Assembly: GCA_965207735.1 (NCBI GenBank)
Contig: OZ242296.1
Span: forward strand, 796,257 to 860,256
DNA: 64,000 nucleotides
Reading direction: 5' to 3'
Source of the DNA: Candidatus Versatilivorator sp.
GTDB lineage: Bacteria > Acidobacteriota > Terriglobia > Versatilivoradales > Versatilivoraceae
Under the pieces are notes generated by a model that saw nothing but the letters and a program-made list of their open reading frames with translations, was not told the origin of the DNA and ran no database searches. The position numbers and the translations under genes are program-made. Numbering within the stretch: position 1 is the stretch's first letter; each line of letters opens with the position of its first letter. Positions 1 through 9,845 of this stretch are shown here, piece by piece.

Positions 1-2091
1 GTGACACTGCTCTTTCTTGCCCACCTCCGCAGCGCTCTGGTGATCGTTGCCACCCTGCCGGTGGGAATCCTGATGGCCTTCATTGTGCTCAACTTTCAGG
101 GTCTGACGGTCAACATCATGTCCCTGGGTGGCATCGCCGTCGCCATCGGAACCATGGTCGATTCGGGGATCGTGCTGGCCGACGCCGTTCACCGGCGGTT
201 GCAGGAACGGGCCGGAAAGGATCCTCACTGGCGGATTGTCGGCGATGCCTGCAAGGAAGTGGGGCCGTCTCTGTTTTTCTCGCTGTTGATCATCACCGTC
301 TCCTTCCTGCCCGTCTTTACCCTGGAGGAGCAGGAAGGGCGTCTCTTCAAGCCCCTGGCCTTTACCAAGACCTATGCCATGGCCGCGGCGGCGCTTCTCA
401 CCGTGACCCTGGTCCCCGTCCTGGTCGGCTATTGCATCGGCGGCAGGCTCAGGCCCGAGAGAAAAAACCTCCTTCAGCGCTGGTCGACTGCGCTTTATCG
501 CCCGCTGCTGGGCTTCGCCTTCCGTTTCAAGTGGCTGGTGTTGGTGTTGGCCCTGCTGCTAATGGCGATCAGCCTGCTGCCCTTCTCTCAGTTAGGCTCC
601 GAATTCATGCCCGCCCTCTGGGAAGGCGATCTTCTTTACATGCCCACCACGCTACCCGGAATCTCCATCACCAAGGCGCGCGAGGTCTTGCAGCAGACCG
701 ACAGGATCCTCAAGAGCTTCCCCGAGGTCGATCGGGTTTTCGGCAAGGTGGGCCGAGCCGAGACCTCCACCGATCCGGCGCCTCTCTCCATGATCGAGAC
801 CACCATCATGCTCAAACCGGAGAGCCAATGGCGGGAAGGTATGACCCCGGACAAACTCATTGAAGCCATGGATGCGGCCATTCAGGTGCCCGGGCTCACC
901 AATGCCTGGACCATGCCGATCAAGACCCGCATCGATATGCTCTCCACGGGTATCAAGACGCCGGTGGGAATCAAGATTTCCGGTCCTGATCTGCGGGAAC
1001 TGGAACGCCTGGGCAAGGAGGTGGAGCAGATCGTCCGTCAAGTGCCGGGAACATTGAGCGTCTATGCCGAGCGGGTGATGGGAGGCCACTACCTGGATTT
1101 CCGGATCGACCGCAATGCGCTGGCGGTCTACGGACTCCAGGTCGGCGATGTACAGGAGGTCATTCAATCCGCCATCGGCGGCATGAACATCACCACTACT
1201 GTGGAAGGCCTGGAACGATACCCGGTGAATCTGCGCTACAGCCGCGAACTACGGCACAACCTGCCGGCCCTGAACGCCATTCTGGTATCGGCGCCCAGCG
1301 GCCGGACGGTCCCCCTGGGCCAACTGGGCAAATTCCGCTATGTGAGCGGTCCCGCAGGAATCAAGAGCGAGAACGGCAAGCCCAACGCCTGGGTCTACGT
1401 GGACATCCGGAACGTAGACATCGGCGGCTACGTGGCCCAGGCCCGGCAGAGGGTCGATCGGGGGATCCAGGTCCCGCCGGGCTACACCATCGACTGGAGC
1501 GGCCAGTTCGAGTCCATGCAGCGGGCTCGCCGTCGACTGATGCTGGTCGTTCCGCTCACACTGGTCCTCATCTTTGTGATGATCTATGTCAACACCCGTT
1601 CCCTGGTGGAAACCGGAATGGTCCTGCTGGGGGCGCCCCTGGCCTTGACCGGAGCCATTTGGCTGCTATACCTGCTGGACTACAACCTGAGTGTGGCCGT
1701 CTGGGTAGGGATCATCGCGCTGGCCGGGCTCTATGCGGAAACGGCGCTGGTTCTGCTGCTCTACTTGAGAGTGGCCTACCGGCAATTTCAAAAAGATACC
1801 CGGCAGCGAGATCGCAACGGCTTGCTTCAAGCTATCGGCAACGGTTCCACCCAACGATTGCGGCCGATCCTGATGACCATTGCCACCGACGTGATTGGCC
1901 TGATGCCGATCATGTGGAGCCAGGAGACCGGAGCCGAGGTGATGAAGCGGATTGCGGCTCCCCTGGTTGGAGGGGTGATGACTTCGGGGCTGGTGGTGCT
2001 GGTGGTGCTCCCCCTGGTCTATTCCATGTGGAAAAGTCGGGGACTGCCCAAGGGAGAGACGTTTACTGCGCTGCATGCCCCCAACGAGTAA
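1..2091 (+). CDS. cusA: Heavy-metal efflux RND permease, CusA/CzcA (HME) family; C-terminal 696 aa, 5' end outside window
   Basis: ORF is open at the window start. CusA-like strings are 'EGDLLYMPTTLPGIS', 'APLSMIETT' and 'WTMPIKTRIDMLSTGIKTPVGIKISG'. The Met residues of the CusA Cu/Ag-binding triad appear conserved. A C-terminal 12-TM-type hydrophobic bundle follows. Stop TAA at 2089-2091. Confidence 0.85.
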   Translation: MTLLFLAHLRSALVIVATLPVGILMAFIVLNFQGLTVNIMSLGGIAVAIGTMVDSGIVLADAVHRRLQERAGKDPHWRIVGDACKEVGPSLFFSLLIITVSFLPVFTLEEQEGRLFKPLAFTKTYAMAAAALLTVTLVPVLVGYCIGGRLRPERKNLLQRWSTALYRPLLGFAFRFKWLVLVLALLLMAISLLPFSQLGSEFMPALWEGDLLYMPTTLPGISITKAREVLQQTDRILKSFPEVDRVFGKVGRAETSTDPAPLSMIETTIMLKPESQWREGMTPDKLIEAMDAAIQVPGLTNAWTMPIKTRIDMLSTGIKTPVGIKISGPDLRELERLGKEVEQIVRQVPGTLSVYAERVMGGHYLDFRIDRNALAVYGLQVGDVQEVIQSAIGGMNITTTVEGLERYPVNLRYSRELRHNLPALNAILVSAPSGRTVPLGQLGKFRYVSGPAGIKSENGKPNAWVYVDIRNVDIGGYVAQARQRVDRGIQVPPGYTIDWSGQFESMQRARRRLMLVVPLTLVLIFVMIYVNTRSLVETGMVLLGAPLALTGAIWLLYLLDYNLSVAVWVGIIALAGLYAETALVLLLYLRVAYRQFQKDTRQRDRNGLLQAIGNGSTQRLRPILMTIATDVIGLMPIMWSQETGAEVMKRIAAPLVGGVMTSGLVVLVVLPLVYSMWKSRGLPKGETFTALHAPNE

Positions 2092-2103
2092 TCCTGAGGC
2101 AGG

Positions 2104-2589
2104 CTAGTTCAGTGGCAGTGCGCTGAAGGGGAGCAGCCTGCCGCCATGCTGCTGCCTGAAGGTTTCGGCCGCCTGTTGGCTGGAGAATGCCAAGACGCTG
2201 GGCGAGCACCGGTCGAACCGCATCGAGGCCGGTTGTTTTTGCGAGTCCGTGAGTACGGGATGTTGCAGGCAGAGATTGACGTCGCTTCCCTCTACCACGT
2301 AGGCCTCTTCGGGCGCAATCCTGGACCCGGTCTCGAAGTCGGTGAGCTCGACCACCGTGACCGCCTCTCCCGCTTGACGGCCCAATGTCATGGCGCAGGT
2401 CGGGCAACAGAAGGCTTCTTGCCGCCCCTGGCTCAGGGCAACCACCTGGCTGCCCGCATGCAGGTGGCGCTGGCAGACACGACAGCTATCCGACCCGGAA
2501 TCCTGCCTCCATTGCCAGGCAGTGTAGGTCAACCCTCCAACCACCACCAGCAAGACCAAAAGAACGATTTTCTCGGTCGCGTACTTCAT
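2104..2589 (-). CDS. Membrane-anchored Cys-rich putative metal-binding protein (NosL/TRASH-like by eye)
   Basis: 161 aa with N-terminal TM helix 'IVLLVLLVVVGGLTYTAW', followed by 'CRVCQRHLH...FCCPTC'. Convergent with cusA. Family assignment is from motif resemblance only. Confidence 0.5.
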   Translation of the reverse strand: MKYATEKIVLLVLLVVVGGLTYTAWQWRQDSGSDSCRVCQRHLHAGSQVVALSQGRQEAFCCPTCAMTLGRQAGEAVTVVELTDFETGSRIAPEEAYVVEGSDVNLCLQHPVLTDSQKQPASMRFDRCSPSVLAFSSQQAAETFRQQHGGRLLPFSALPLN

Positions 2590-2649
2590 GGCAATGATTC
2601 AGGATGCCGGCAGGCGCCGTGCCGTTTCCTATGCATACTACTGGACATT

Positions 2650-2738
2650 TGGTGCCCGGGACCGGAGTCGAACCGGTATGGAGGAGAACCTCCGAAGGAT
2701 TTTAAGTCCTTTGCGTCTACCAATTCCGCCACCCAGGC
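2650..2738 (-). tRNA. tRNA-Leu (anticodon UAA), class II with long variable arm, CCA encoded
   Basis: Reverse complement reads gcctgggtggcggaattggtagacgc-aagga-CTTAAAA-tcctt-cggaggttctcctccat-accggttcgactccggt-cccgggc-a-cca. The 7-bp acceptor stem has one G-U pair. The anticodon loop is cT-TAA-aa and the T-arm is accgg/TTCGACT/ccggt. Confidence 0.9.
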
Positions 2739-2994
2739 CTACCCTCCTGCCCAAAGGGTTGGTGTGCCTTGGCCGATCAGGCAAAGTGATCGAGATATAC
2801 CACCTTGCGGACGAACCTGTCAATCGAGCCCCAATCGGAACGTGGGGGATCGGGGTTGACCAAGTGATTGTCGATCCGTGATTAACGTTTCCTCGACAAT
2901 CTGAAATCTACAATTCAAAATCCGCAATTGGAGTTGCACCCTCGCCGGTCTTGCCAAAAGGCCCTGCCTTGCCCAATAATTCGGAACAGCCGTT

Positions 2995-3927
2995 ATGCAA
3001 TCAATCGGGGCGCACGCGATGGAACAAGCTCAGACTCGCTTTCCCAGGCACCCTCCCTGGCTGAAGGTCCGCTTTCCCGGCGGAGAGAACTACCATAACC
3101 TCAAGAAGCTGGTCCGTTCCCACTCTCTGCATACCGTTTGCGAGAGTGCGCGCTGTCCCAACATCGGGGAGTGTTGGGAAGCCGGTACCGCCACCTTCAT
3201 GATTCTGGGAGATATCTGTACCCGAAGATGCGGTTTCTGCGCCGTCCAGACCGGCAGACCGCTGGGGTATGACCTGGCTGAGCCCCTGCGGGTGGCTCAG
3301 GCCGTTCGCACGCTCCACCTCAGGCACGCCGTCATCACTTCAGTAGATCGAGACGATCTGGAAGATGAAGGGTCTCAGGTGTTTGCCCGGACTATTCTCG
3401 ACATACGCCGGACCAGCCCGACCACCAAGGTGGAGGTACTGATCCCCGACTTCAAACGAGACTCCGCCAACCTCGATCGGGTCATCGAGGCCAAGCCGGA
3501 CGTGCTGGCTCACAATCTTGATACCGTGCCGCGGCTGTTTGCCAAGGTGAAGCCCCGCGGCTCCTACCGCCGTTCCCTCGACTTGTTGAGATACGTCAAG
3601 AAACAGGACCCGTCCATCAAGACCAAGGCCGGATTCATGTTGGGACTCGGGGAGGAGCTCTATGAAATCGAGCAAGGCATGGAGGACATGCGCTCGGCCG
3701 GTGTGGACATCCTGACTATCGGGCAGTACCTGAGGCCTTCAAAGAAACACCTGCCGCTCTTGAAGTACTATCGGCCGGAGGAATTTCACGAACTCAAGAG
3801 GAAAGGGGAGGCGCTCGGAATCCCCCACGTGGAGTCGGGTCCCCTGGTGCGAAGCTCCTATCACGCCGCCGAACAGGTGGACGATCTTCTCGCCAGAGAC
3901 AGCCGGCCCTTCAAGATCCTGCAGTGA
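2995..3927 (+). CDS. lipA: Lipoyl synthase
   Basis: 310 aa. Two Cys clusters typical of LipA: 'CESARCPNIGEC' and the radical SAM 'CTRRCGFC'. C-terminal 'RSSYHA'. An alternative start is at 3019. Confidence 0.9.
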   Translation: MQSIGAHAMEQAQTRFPRHPPWLKVRFPGGENYHNLKKLVRSHSLHTVCESARCPNIGECWEAGTATFMILGDICTRRCGFCAVQTGRPLGYDLAEPLRVAQAVRTLHLRHAVITSVDRDDLEDEGSQVFARTILDIRRTSPTTKVEVLIPDFKRDSANLDRVIEAKPDVLAHNLDTVPRLFAKVKPRGSYRRSLDLLRYVKKQDPSIKTKAGFMLGLGEELYEIEQGMEDMRSAGVDILTIGQYLRPSKKHLPLLKYYRPEEFHELKRKGEALGIPHVESGPLVRSSYHAAEQVDDLLARDSRPFKILQ

Positions 3928-3928
3928 G

Positions 3929-4594
3929 TTAATCCCGCCGCGTCAAGAAACCCTCCAGGCCCTCGGAGCGGAGCTTTTCCAGCGCTTCCGTGGCTTTGGA
4001 ACGACTCGGGAAATCGCCGACCAGGACCCTGTGGAATTCTCCGCGGGGCGATTGGAAGAGGCTAACCGTCACCGGGTCGTAGTCTCCTTCCAATCTTCTC
4101 TTGAGACGCTGAGCCCGGGACTCTTGGGTGAATGAACCCACTTGAACGGCAAGGCTCTCGGTAACCGTCTCGATTCTCAGGATTTCGAGCCGGACTCTGG
4201 CCGTCCCGGGTCGGACCATGTCGATTTCTTCGGCAGCCGCGCGGGAAAGATCGATGATGCGCCCCTTGACAAAGGGCCCGCGGTCGTTGACGCGTATCTG
4301 AACCCTTTTGCCGTTGTCCAGGTTGTGCACTCGAACAACAGTCTGGAAGGGCAAAGTTCGATGAGCCGCCGTCATGGCTTGCATGTCGTAGACTTCCCCG
4401 CTGCTGGTCCTCTCCCCGTGGAAGGGGTCGCCGTACCAGGAGGCCATCCCGTAGATCTCGGAACGCGCCACCCTCAGATCCGGGGAGCCTGGAACCGGCA
4501 CCAGGAGCCGCTTCTTCCCGCATCCGGCCGAGAACAGCAACAGGGCCAAGCCGGCCCACAAGAAACAGCGGCATTGACGGTGGGACCAGCGCAT
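3929..4594 (-). CDS. rlpA: Septal ring lytic transglycosylase RlpA family lipoprotein with C-terminal SPOR domain
   Basis: DPBB domain '[20 protein letters not shown]...[18 protein letters not shown]' plus a SPOR-like C-terminus. I place the start at the ATG at 4594 ('MRWSH...LLLFSAGC' lipobox) rather than the track ORF start at 4810. Confidence 0.8.
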   Translation of the reverse strand: MRWSHRQCRCFLWAGLALLLFSAGCGKKRLLVPVPGSPDLRVARSEIYGMASWYGDPFHGERTSSGEVYDMQAMTAAHRTLPFQTVVRVHNLDNGKRVQIRVNDRGPFVKGRIIDLSRAAAEEIDMVRPGTARVRLEILRIETVTESLAVQVGSFTQESRAQRLKRRLEGDYDPVTVSLFQSPRGEFHRVLVGDFPSRSKATEALEKLRSEGLEGFLTRRD

Positions 4595-4841
4595 TGAACG
4601 AGGGCAACGGGAGTTGATTGAATTCAGGAGAGGTCTCTGGCTAGCCACTGGGTGGATCAACGAGGGAAAGTCCACCCGAGGCGGTGCTTCCCTGCTGTTC
4701 GACTTATTACGTGCCCGGGAAACCGGCCACACTATTCCTCGCGTCTTGGAACTGTACCGAAAAAACTGTTCTTCGGAGCCGACAGACCTGCTCGGGCCGG
4801 TTTTTTCCAACGGGCATCAGGGTAGCGACCTGCCGGCCGGG

Positions 4842-5081
4842 CTAAACTCTGGCATCGTCCAACGGCCAACTGTAGAGCCTGCCCTGGCGACGATCGAATT
4901 CCAACTGTCGCTCTTCCCTGTCCATCAGTTCCTGAATGTACTCCAGGACCTGTTCCTCGCCCCGTTCTGAAATCTGTTCCAGACAATTGATGATAGCGTC
5001 ACGCAACTGCGTATGATGAGCGCCGGCTTTACCGGCATCCTGCTGCGAGCAGGATTGGCTCACTGACTTCGAATTTTCCAT
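4842..5081 (-). CDS. Hypothetical small protein (79 aa)
   Basis: ATG is preceded by AAGGAG at 6 nt spacing (reverse complement of 5082-5100). No recognisable family. Confidence 0.45.
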   Translation of the reverse strand: MENSKSVSQSCSQQDAGKAGAHHTQLRDAIINCLEQISERGEEQVLEYIQELMDREERQLEFDRRQGRLYSWPLDDARV

Positions 5082-5485
5082 TCTCGCTCCTTTCCGTGGG
5101 ACGGTACCTCAAGTCGCCGGATTTGGGACAAAAAAGACCCTGGTTGAAGCGCCTTGCAGCGCTTCATCGAGAGGCCACGGAAATCAGGTCTCTCTGCAAA
5201 AGATACGGTCAAGAACAGGGCCACTATATTCCGAAATTTGTATTTAGGCAATACTTGTTTCTGCCTATTTTTTTCTCATTTTCGCGGTCGGAAACCGTCC
5301 CGGATTTTTCAGGTTCCTTCTAAGATTAGTTGACTCAATATGTTGTTAATTAGAGACTTATAGAAACTGTTCCCAAGCCTGAACCCACCGAGCCCGGGTT
5401 TTTGGGATCGCCAAGCGGGTCTCGAATGCCGGATAGGCGAGCTGCCTCGAAACTGCTCGGGCGCCGCATCCTTCCGGAGTTGATT

Positions 5486-6901
5486 TCAAGCCTGTCCGTC
5501 CGGCTTCAGTTTTTGCAGAATCTCTCCAACTCGTCTCTTTAGAGCGGCCTCGTCCAGCGTTGTCACGGTGCCCTGATCGAACAGCACCTTCCCCTCTGCC
5601 ATGGTCAGGATCACATCCGACGCTCTGGCGGAATGAACGATGGCAGTCACCGGAGAAAACACCGGCTGGGTGTGGATTCCGGACAGATCGACCGCGATCA
5701 AGTCGGCTTTCTTGCCGGCTTCCAGAGACCCGATCGAGCTGGACAACCCCAGTGCCTGGGCACCCCCCAGGGTTGCCAGTTGGAGTGCCTGCTCGGCCGC
5801 AAAGCCCTCCCGCGTGCTGCCGGCGTCCACCGACCCGTCTCCCCGGTCGAGCCAGGAGGGATTGAACAGGCCGAATCGCATCTCCTCAAACAGATCCATG
5901 CTGTTGTTGCTGGCCACGCTGTCGCTTCCCAACCCTAGCGGGATTCCGGCGTGGAACAGCCGTTTCAGGTTCATCGATCCGTGGCCCAGTTTCCAATTGG
6001 ACTTGGGGCAGTGGGCCACCGAGACGCGGCTCTTTCTGAGCAGGGGCATGTCGGCGGGCTGCAGCCGAACGCAGTGAACCAGCAGGGTTCCGGGGACCAG
6101 GGCCCCAAGACCGTGCAGGTATTGAATCGGACTGCACCCCGGAGTCGACCACCGGATGCCCCTGGCGCGCAGGGCATCCGCCATCGGTCCCTTGCCCGAC
6201 TCGATCAGCAGGCTCTCCTCCTCGGACTCGGCCGCATGAATGCACACCGGCAGATCTCTGGAGGCCGCCCATTGGCCGACCTTGCGGAACAGAGGCCCGC
6301 TCACGCTGTAGGGGGCGTGGGGAGACACTCCCAGAACGATCCTGTCGGAAAGGCTTCCACTGGATCGAGGCGACTGGTCGGCTGCACTCCCGATTCGCTC
6401 TTGCAGCTTCTCCAGTTTTCCCTCCAGGTCCTTTAGCCGCTCATCGGCTTCCTCCGGCCTGGGCGAGAAGACCTCCTGAAACAAGACTCCCCGAAGGCCG
6501 CTGGCGGTGAGGGCATCCAGGCCGGCGCCCAGATCCATGGCGTCACCCAGGGTGGTGACGCCGGCCCGAATGGCTTCGCAGGCGCCCGCCATGGCCGAGA
6601 CTTCGAGGTCCCGGCGGGTCAGGAGCTCATACTTGGTCCGGGTGAGGCGCCGGATCCAGTCCCAAAAGGGAAGGTTCTCCAGGTAGCCCCGCAGCAGCGT
6701 GAGCTCCAGGTGGGAGTGCACATTGACCAGGCCGGGAAGCAGAGCCGCGCCCCTGAATTCCCGCACTTCCTGTCCGGGGTAGCTCCTGACCATGTCCGCG
6801 GCGGGGCCAAGGTCCTGGATGCGCTCGCCACTAAGGACCACCGCTCCCTTGGAAATCGGCGGGGAGCTGATCGGGATCACCCAGCTGGCGGAGAGAATCA
6901 T
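5486..6901 (-). CDS. Amidohydrolase family protein (nucleoside/MTA-SAH deaminase-like)
   Basis: 471 aa. Metal ligands 'VNVHSHLELT' (HxH), 'CIHAAES' and 'LGSDS'. The start overlaps the upstream gene stop by 4 nt (ATGA). Confidence 0.8.
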   Translation of the reverse strand: MILSASWVIPISSPPISKGAVVLSGERIQDLGPAADMVRSYPGQEVREFRGAALLPGLVNVHSHLELTLLRGYLENLPFWDWIRRLTRTKYELLTRRDLEVSAMAGACEAIRAGVTTLGDAMDLGAGLDALTASGLRGVLFQEVFSPRPEEADERLKDLEGKLEKLQERIGSAADQSPRSSGSLSDRIVLGVSPHAPYSVSGPLFRKVGQWAASRDLPVCIHAAESEEESLLIESGKGPMADALRARGIRWSTPGCSPIQYLHGLGALVPGTLLVHCVRLQPADMPLLRKSRVSVAHCPKSNWKLGHGSMNLKRLFHAGIPLGLGSDSVASNNSMDLFEEMRFGLFNPSWLDRGDGSVDAGSTREGFAAEQALQLATLGGAQALGLSSSIGSLEAGKKADLIAVDLSGIHTQPVFSPVTAIVHSARASDVILTMAEGKVLFDQGTVTTLDEAALKRRVGEILQKLKPDGQA

Positions 6902-7674
6902 GAGGCCAGTACCCGCGGGCCGAACGGGGCCAGGCGATAGCTGACCTTGCCGGGGGAAGAGGCTATTTCAAAACCCGTGACACAAAATCCCCCTCCAAAA
7001 AGATCGGTGACCTGTCGCCTGAACTCCTGCTGAATGGCCGCTGTCCGGGCAGGATCCCCGCTCCGGATTAGCGCAATGTCGGCCGGAAGATGCACGTCCA
7101 CCGATTCTGCCGGAAGCCGGTTTTCCTCCCGATTCATGCCGCTCTCAACTCGGGAGCGCACCCGGGGACTGCGCAGGTGCCATTCGGCCACCAGGCGATC
7201 GGTGGGAAGGCGGCCGTGCAGGGTGCTGGTGCTGGGGCCGTAGGCATCGGCCACGTAGCGTCGGCAAATGACTCCCAGACCTTCCAGATTGAAGTTCGCG
7301 TTGTGGATTTCCAGCGGATCGAAGGTCCACTCGATGCGGTGAAATCCCCGGCGGATGGCCTCCTTACGCTGGGCCAGCTTGAGCGCCCTGCCAATGCCTC
7401 TGCGTCGAAACCCGCGCAGCACCCCTAGCATCTGGGAGTGAAGGTAGGATTCCCCCTCCCGGAAACCGGGGAACGCGTTGATGAATCCGGTGACCCGCCC
7501 TCCTCCATCCAGGGCCCCCAGCACCAGGCCTCCGATCTTGTCGAGGAGCAGCAACGTCCTCAAGGGCAGCAGGTCTTCATCCTTCCAGCCCCAGGTCGCC
7601 CGCTGGATCTCGACGCATTGACGCAGTGCCTCAAGCGAGGTCAGCTCTTCGATTCGAATCTTGGAGTCCGGCAT
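6898..7674 (-). CDS. GNAT-family N-acetyltransferase-like protein
   Basis: 258 aa. Acetyl-CoA motif A-like 'RGFRRRGIGRALKLA'. Translationally coupled to the amidohydrolase. Confidence 0.6.
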   Translation of the reverse strand: MPDSKIRIEELTSLEALRQCVEIQRATWGWKDEDLLPLRTLLLLDKIGGLVLGALDGGGRVTGFINAFPGFREGESYLHSQMLGVLRGFRRRGIGRALKLAQRKEAIRRGFHRIEWTFDPLEIHNANFNLEGLGVICRRYVADAYGPSTSTLHGRLPTDRLVAEWHLRSPRVRSRVESGMNREENRLPAESVDVHLPADIALIRSGDPARTAAIQQEFRRQVTDLFGGGFCVTGFEIASSPGKVSYRLAPFGPRVLAS

Positions 7675-7717
7675 GGGTTGCTATCGGTGGAGGGGGACCG
7701 CCTGAGGTGTCCCGGCG

Positions 7718-8533
7718 TCACTCGCCCACGTAGGTGAGATTGAAGAAAATGAAGTCTGCCACAAAATGGGAGACCAGGGCTGTCTCGAATCCCGCCCGCC
7801 AAAAGATGCCTCCGAACACCATCCCCGCCAGAAAGGCGGTCGTGAAGCCGAAGCTGCCATGGACCAGTCCGAACAACCAGGCGGACAGAAGAATGGAACC
7901 CAGGACCGCGAGCCACCCCAGGCGGGTCCATCCGCGATCCCTCAGGGGCTGGAGCATGCGAGCCAAAATATAGTAGAAGGCGGTCAACAGGAAGAAGCGA
8001 AAGACCAGTTCCTCGGTTGCCGCGGCCCGTAGCGACAGGACGAAGCTGTCGTAGAAACTGTCCATTTCACGCAAGTAGTACGGGATCCTTGGACTGAAGC
8101 GAAAGTGAGCGAACATGCGATGAAACGAAAGGCCGATGGCTGCTCCCGGAATGACCCCGAAGATCATGAGTCGTCGTCCCTTGCCGAGCCAGCCCGAGGG
8201 ACGGTTGGCCAGGAAGGGCTGCAGGCCGGTCTTCATAGCGAATACCGCTCCCAGAAAGGCGCAGGGCCCGTACAGACAAGACAGCCTCAGGAATTCCCAC
8301 CAGGGCCAGTCCCGGCTTTGCTGGAGATTCAGGTCCGACAGGCATTGGCTGAAGCTGGCCAGAAGACCCAGGACGGCGGCGTATCTGGCGGCCGTACGCC
8401 AATCGATTCCCTGAAAGAACCAGGGGGGGTGCCTGGCGGGCGCGCGGGGCGACCCGGTGGCTGTCGTCGTGTCTGATGGTGAGTCCGGATTCAACGGGTC
8501 GCACCCCTTTGCGGGCCGAAACTGCCGACCCAA
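7718..8533 (-). CDS. CPBP family intramembrane glutamic endopeptidase (CAAX protease/Abi family)
   Basis: Multi-TM protein with 'AATEELVFRFFLL' (EExxxR motif) and 'FGLVHG' (H motif). The start codon is uncertain. Confidence 0.7.
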   Translation of the reverse strand: MGRQFRPAKGCDPLNPDSPSDTTTATGSPRAPARHPPWFFQGIDWRTAARYAAVLGLLASFSQCLSDLNLQQSRDWPWWEFLRLSCLYGPCAFLGAVFAMKTGLQPFLANRPSGWLGKGRRLMIFGVIPGAAIGLSFHRMFAHFRFSPRIPYYLREMDSFYDSFVLSLRAAATEELVFRFFLLTAFYYILARMLQPLRDRGWTRLGWLAVLGSILLSAWLFGLVHGSFGFTTAFLAGMVFGGIFWRAGFETALVSHFVADFIFFNLTYVGE

Positions 8534-8601
8534 TGCCCTAAAACAAGGTGGCTAGGGCAACGCGAAACCGTCCGAAGCACAGGCCACCCTGTCTCCCCGG
8601 T

Positions 8602-9780
8602 TCAGCCCGGGGGGACTTCGACTTCCTGACCGCACCTCTCCGCAGACAGGTAGGAGGCGTACATCACGGCCAGCGTGTCTTCCGCCAATTCCCCACCGGA
8701 CTGCGGCTCCCGCCCGGTGAAGACGCACTCCATGAAGTCCTGCAGCTCTTGCGGGTAGCCGCTCATCCAGTCTTCGTCGGGCGCCGGATGGCTCCAGCCC
8801 TGCTTGGTCCCAATTTTCTCCACGATATAGACATCCCGGAGCTGAACATCCTTGGGGTTGTAGGTGGTAACGGAGTCGGTCGGATTGATATTGCAGCGGG
8901 TGCGATGGTTGTTGGCCGTGACTTCCAGCCAGTTGTGCACGCCGCCCATCACGATCTCGCTGGAGAAGATGTCGGCCACCATGCCGTCCTCGAAGACCAC
9001 ATGCATCTGGCCGTAGTCCTCGACATCCTGGTAGTCGGTCCGCAGCAGTCCGGCGTCCCGATAGGTGTCCAACCGGGTGATCTCATGGACCCGGGCGCTG
9101 ACCGAGCGGGGACGCAACGGTCGGCCCAGCCTGGCCAGGCCTTCCTCCCGCTTGAGGTAGAGCGCTGCCGTCAGGGGGTGGCAACCCTTGCCCACGATGG
9201 AGCCTCCTCCCGCCTGGGACCAGTGCCCGTAAGCTTCTGAGTGGGATCCGCTGTGGGATTCCTCTCCCATTATCCACAGGATTTGACCCTGGCTGGAGCG
9301 CAGAATCTCCCGCTCTTTTTGAACGGAGGGCGCGTAGACCCAGTTCTCGGCATACATGAGCTGCCGCCCCGAGCGGGCGGCTTCCTCCCGTATCCGGCGA
9401 GAGCTCGACAAGGCCTCCCGCATCATGGTTTCCCTGGAAAAGCTGCGGGCATCGAAGGAGTCCTGTCCTGCCCCGAAGTAACCGGTGAGCGGCTTTTCCA
9501 CAATGACGTGCTTGTTGGCTTTGAAGGCCTCGACAGCCACGGCTTCGTGCACATAGGCAGGCGCGCAGATATCCACTACGTCCACTGCATTCAACAGGCC
9601 CTGCAGGGAGTCGAACGCCGTCAGACCGTGGACACCGGCAAAAGCCGCAGCGCTTTTCCGGGACCGGGACACGACACCCACCACCTCCAACGGGACGCCA
9701 AAGACCTGCTGGTAGCAGGCCAGGTGAAAACGGGCGGCGAATTGAGCCCCAACGATGCCGACTCGAATTGTTGAATGCAT
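8602..9780 (-). CDS. Gfo/Idh/MocA family oxidoreductase
   Basis: 392 aa. N-terminal Rossmann fold 'IRVGIVGAQFAARFH', 'EKPL' motif, length typical of the family. Confidence 0.75.
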   Translation of the reverse strand: MHSTIRVGIVGAQFAARFHLACYQQVFGVPLEVVGVVSRSRKSAAAFAGVHGLTAFDSLQGLLNAVDVVDICAPAYVHEAVAVEAFKANKHVIVEKPLTGYFGAGQDSFDARSFSRETMMREALSSSRRIREEAARSGRQLMYAENWVYAPSVQKEREILRSSQGQILWIMGEESHSGSHSEAYGHWSQAGGGSIVGKGCHPLTAALYLKREEGLARLGRPLRPRSVSARVHEITRLDTYRDAGLLRTDYQDVEDYGQMHVVFEDGMVADIFSSEIVMGGVHNWLEVTANNHRTRCNINPTDSVTTYNPKDVQLRDVYIVEKIGTKQGWSHPAPDEDWMSGYPQELQDFMECVFTGREPQSGGELAEDTLAVMYASYLSAERCGQEVEVPPG

Positions 9781-9845
9781 GGATTCTTGTCCTCCCGTAG
9801 GGGGGACACGCGGGTGGCAAGAGAGCCCGGTGACCTTTCGACGGG

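Noticed and set aside
3929-4810. Full 293-aa version of the RlpA ORF
   Set aside because: The first 72 residues are non-hydrophobic junk preceding a perfect lipoprotein signal ('MRWSH...LLLFSAGC'). The start was moved to 4594.
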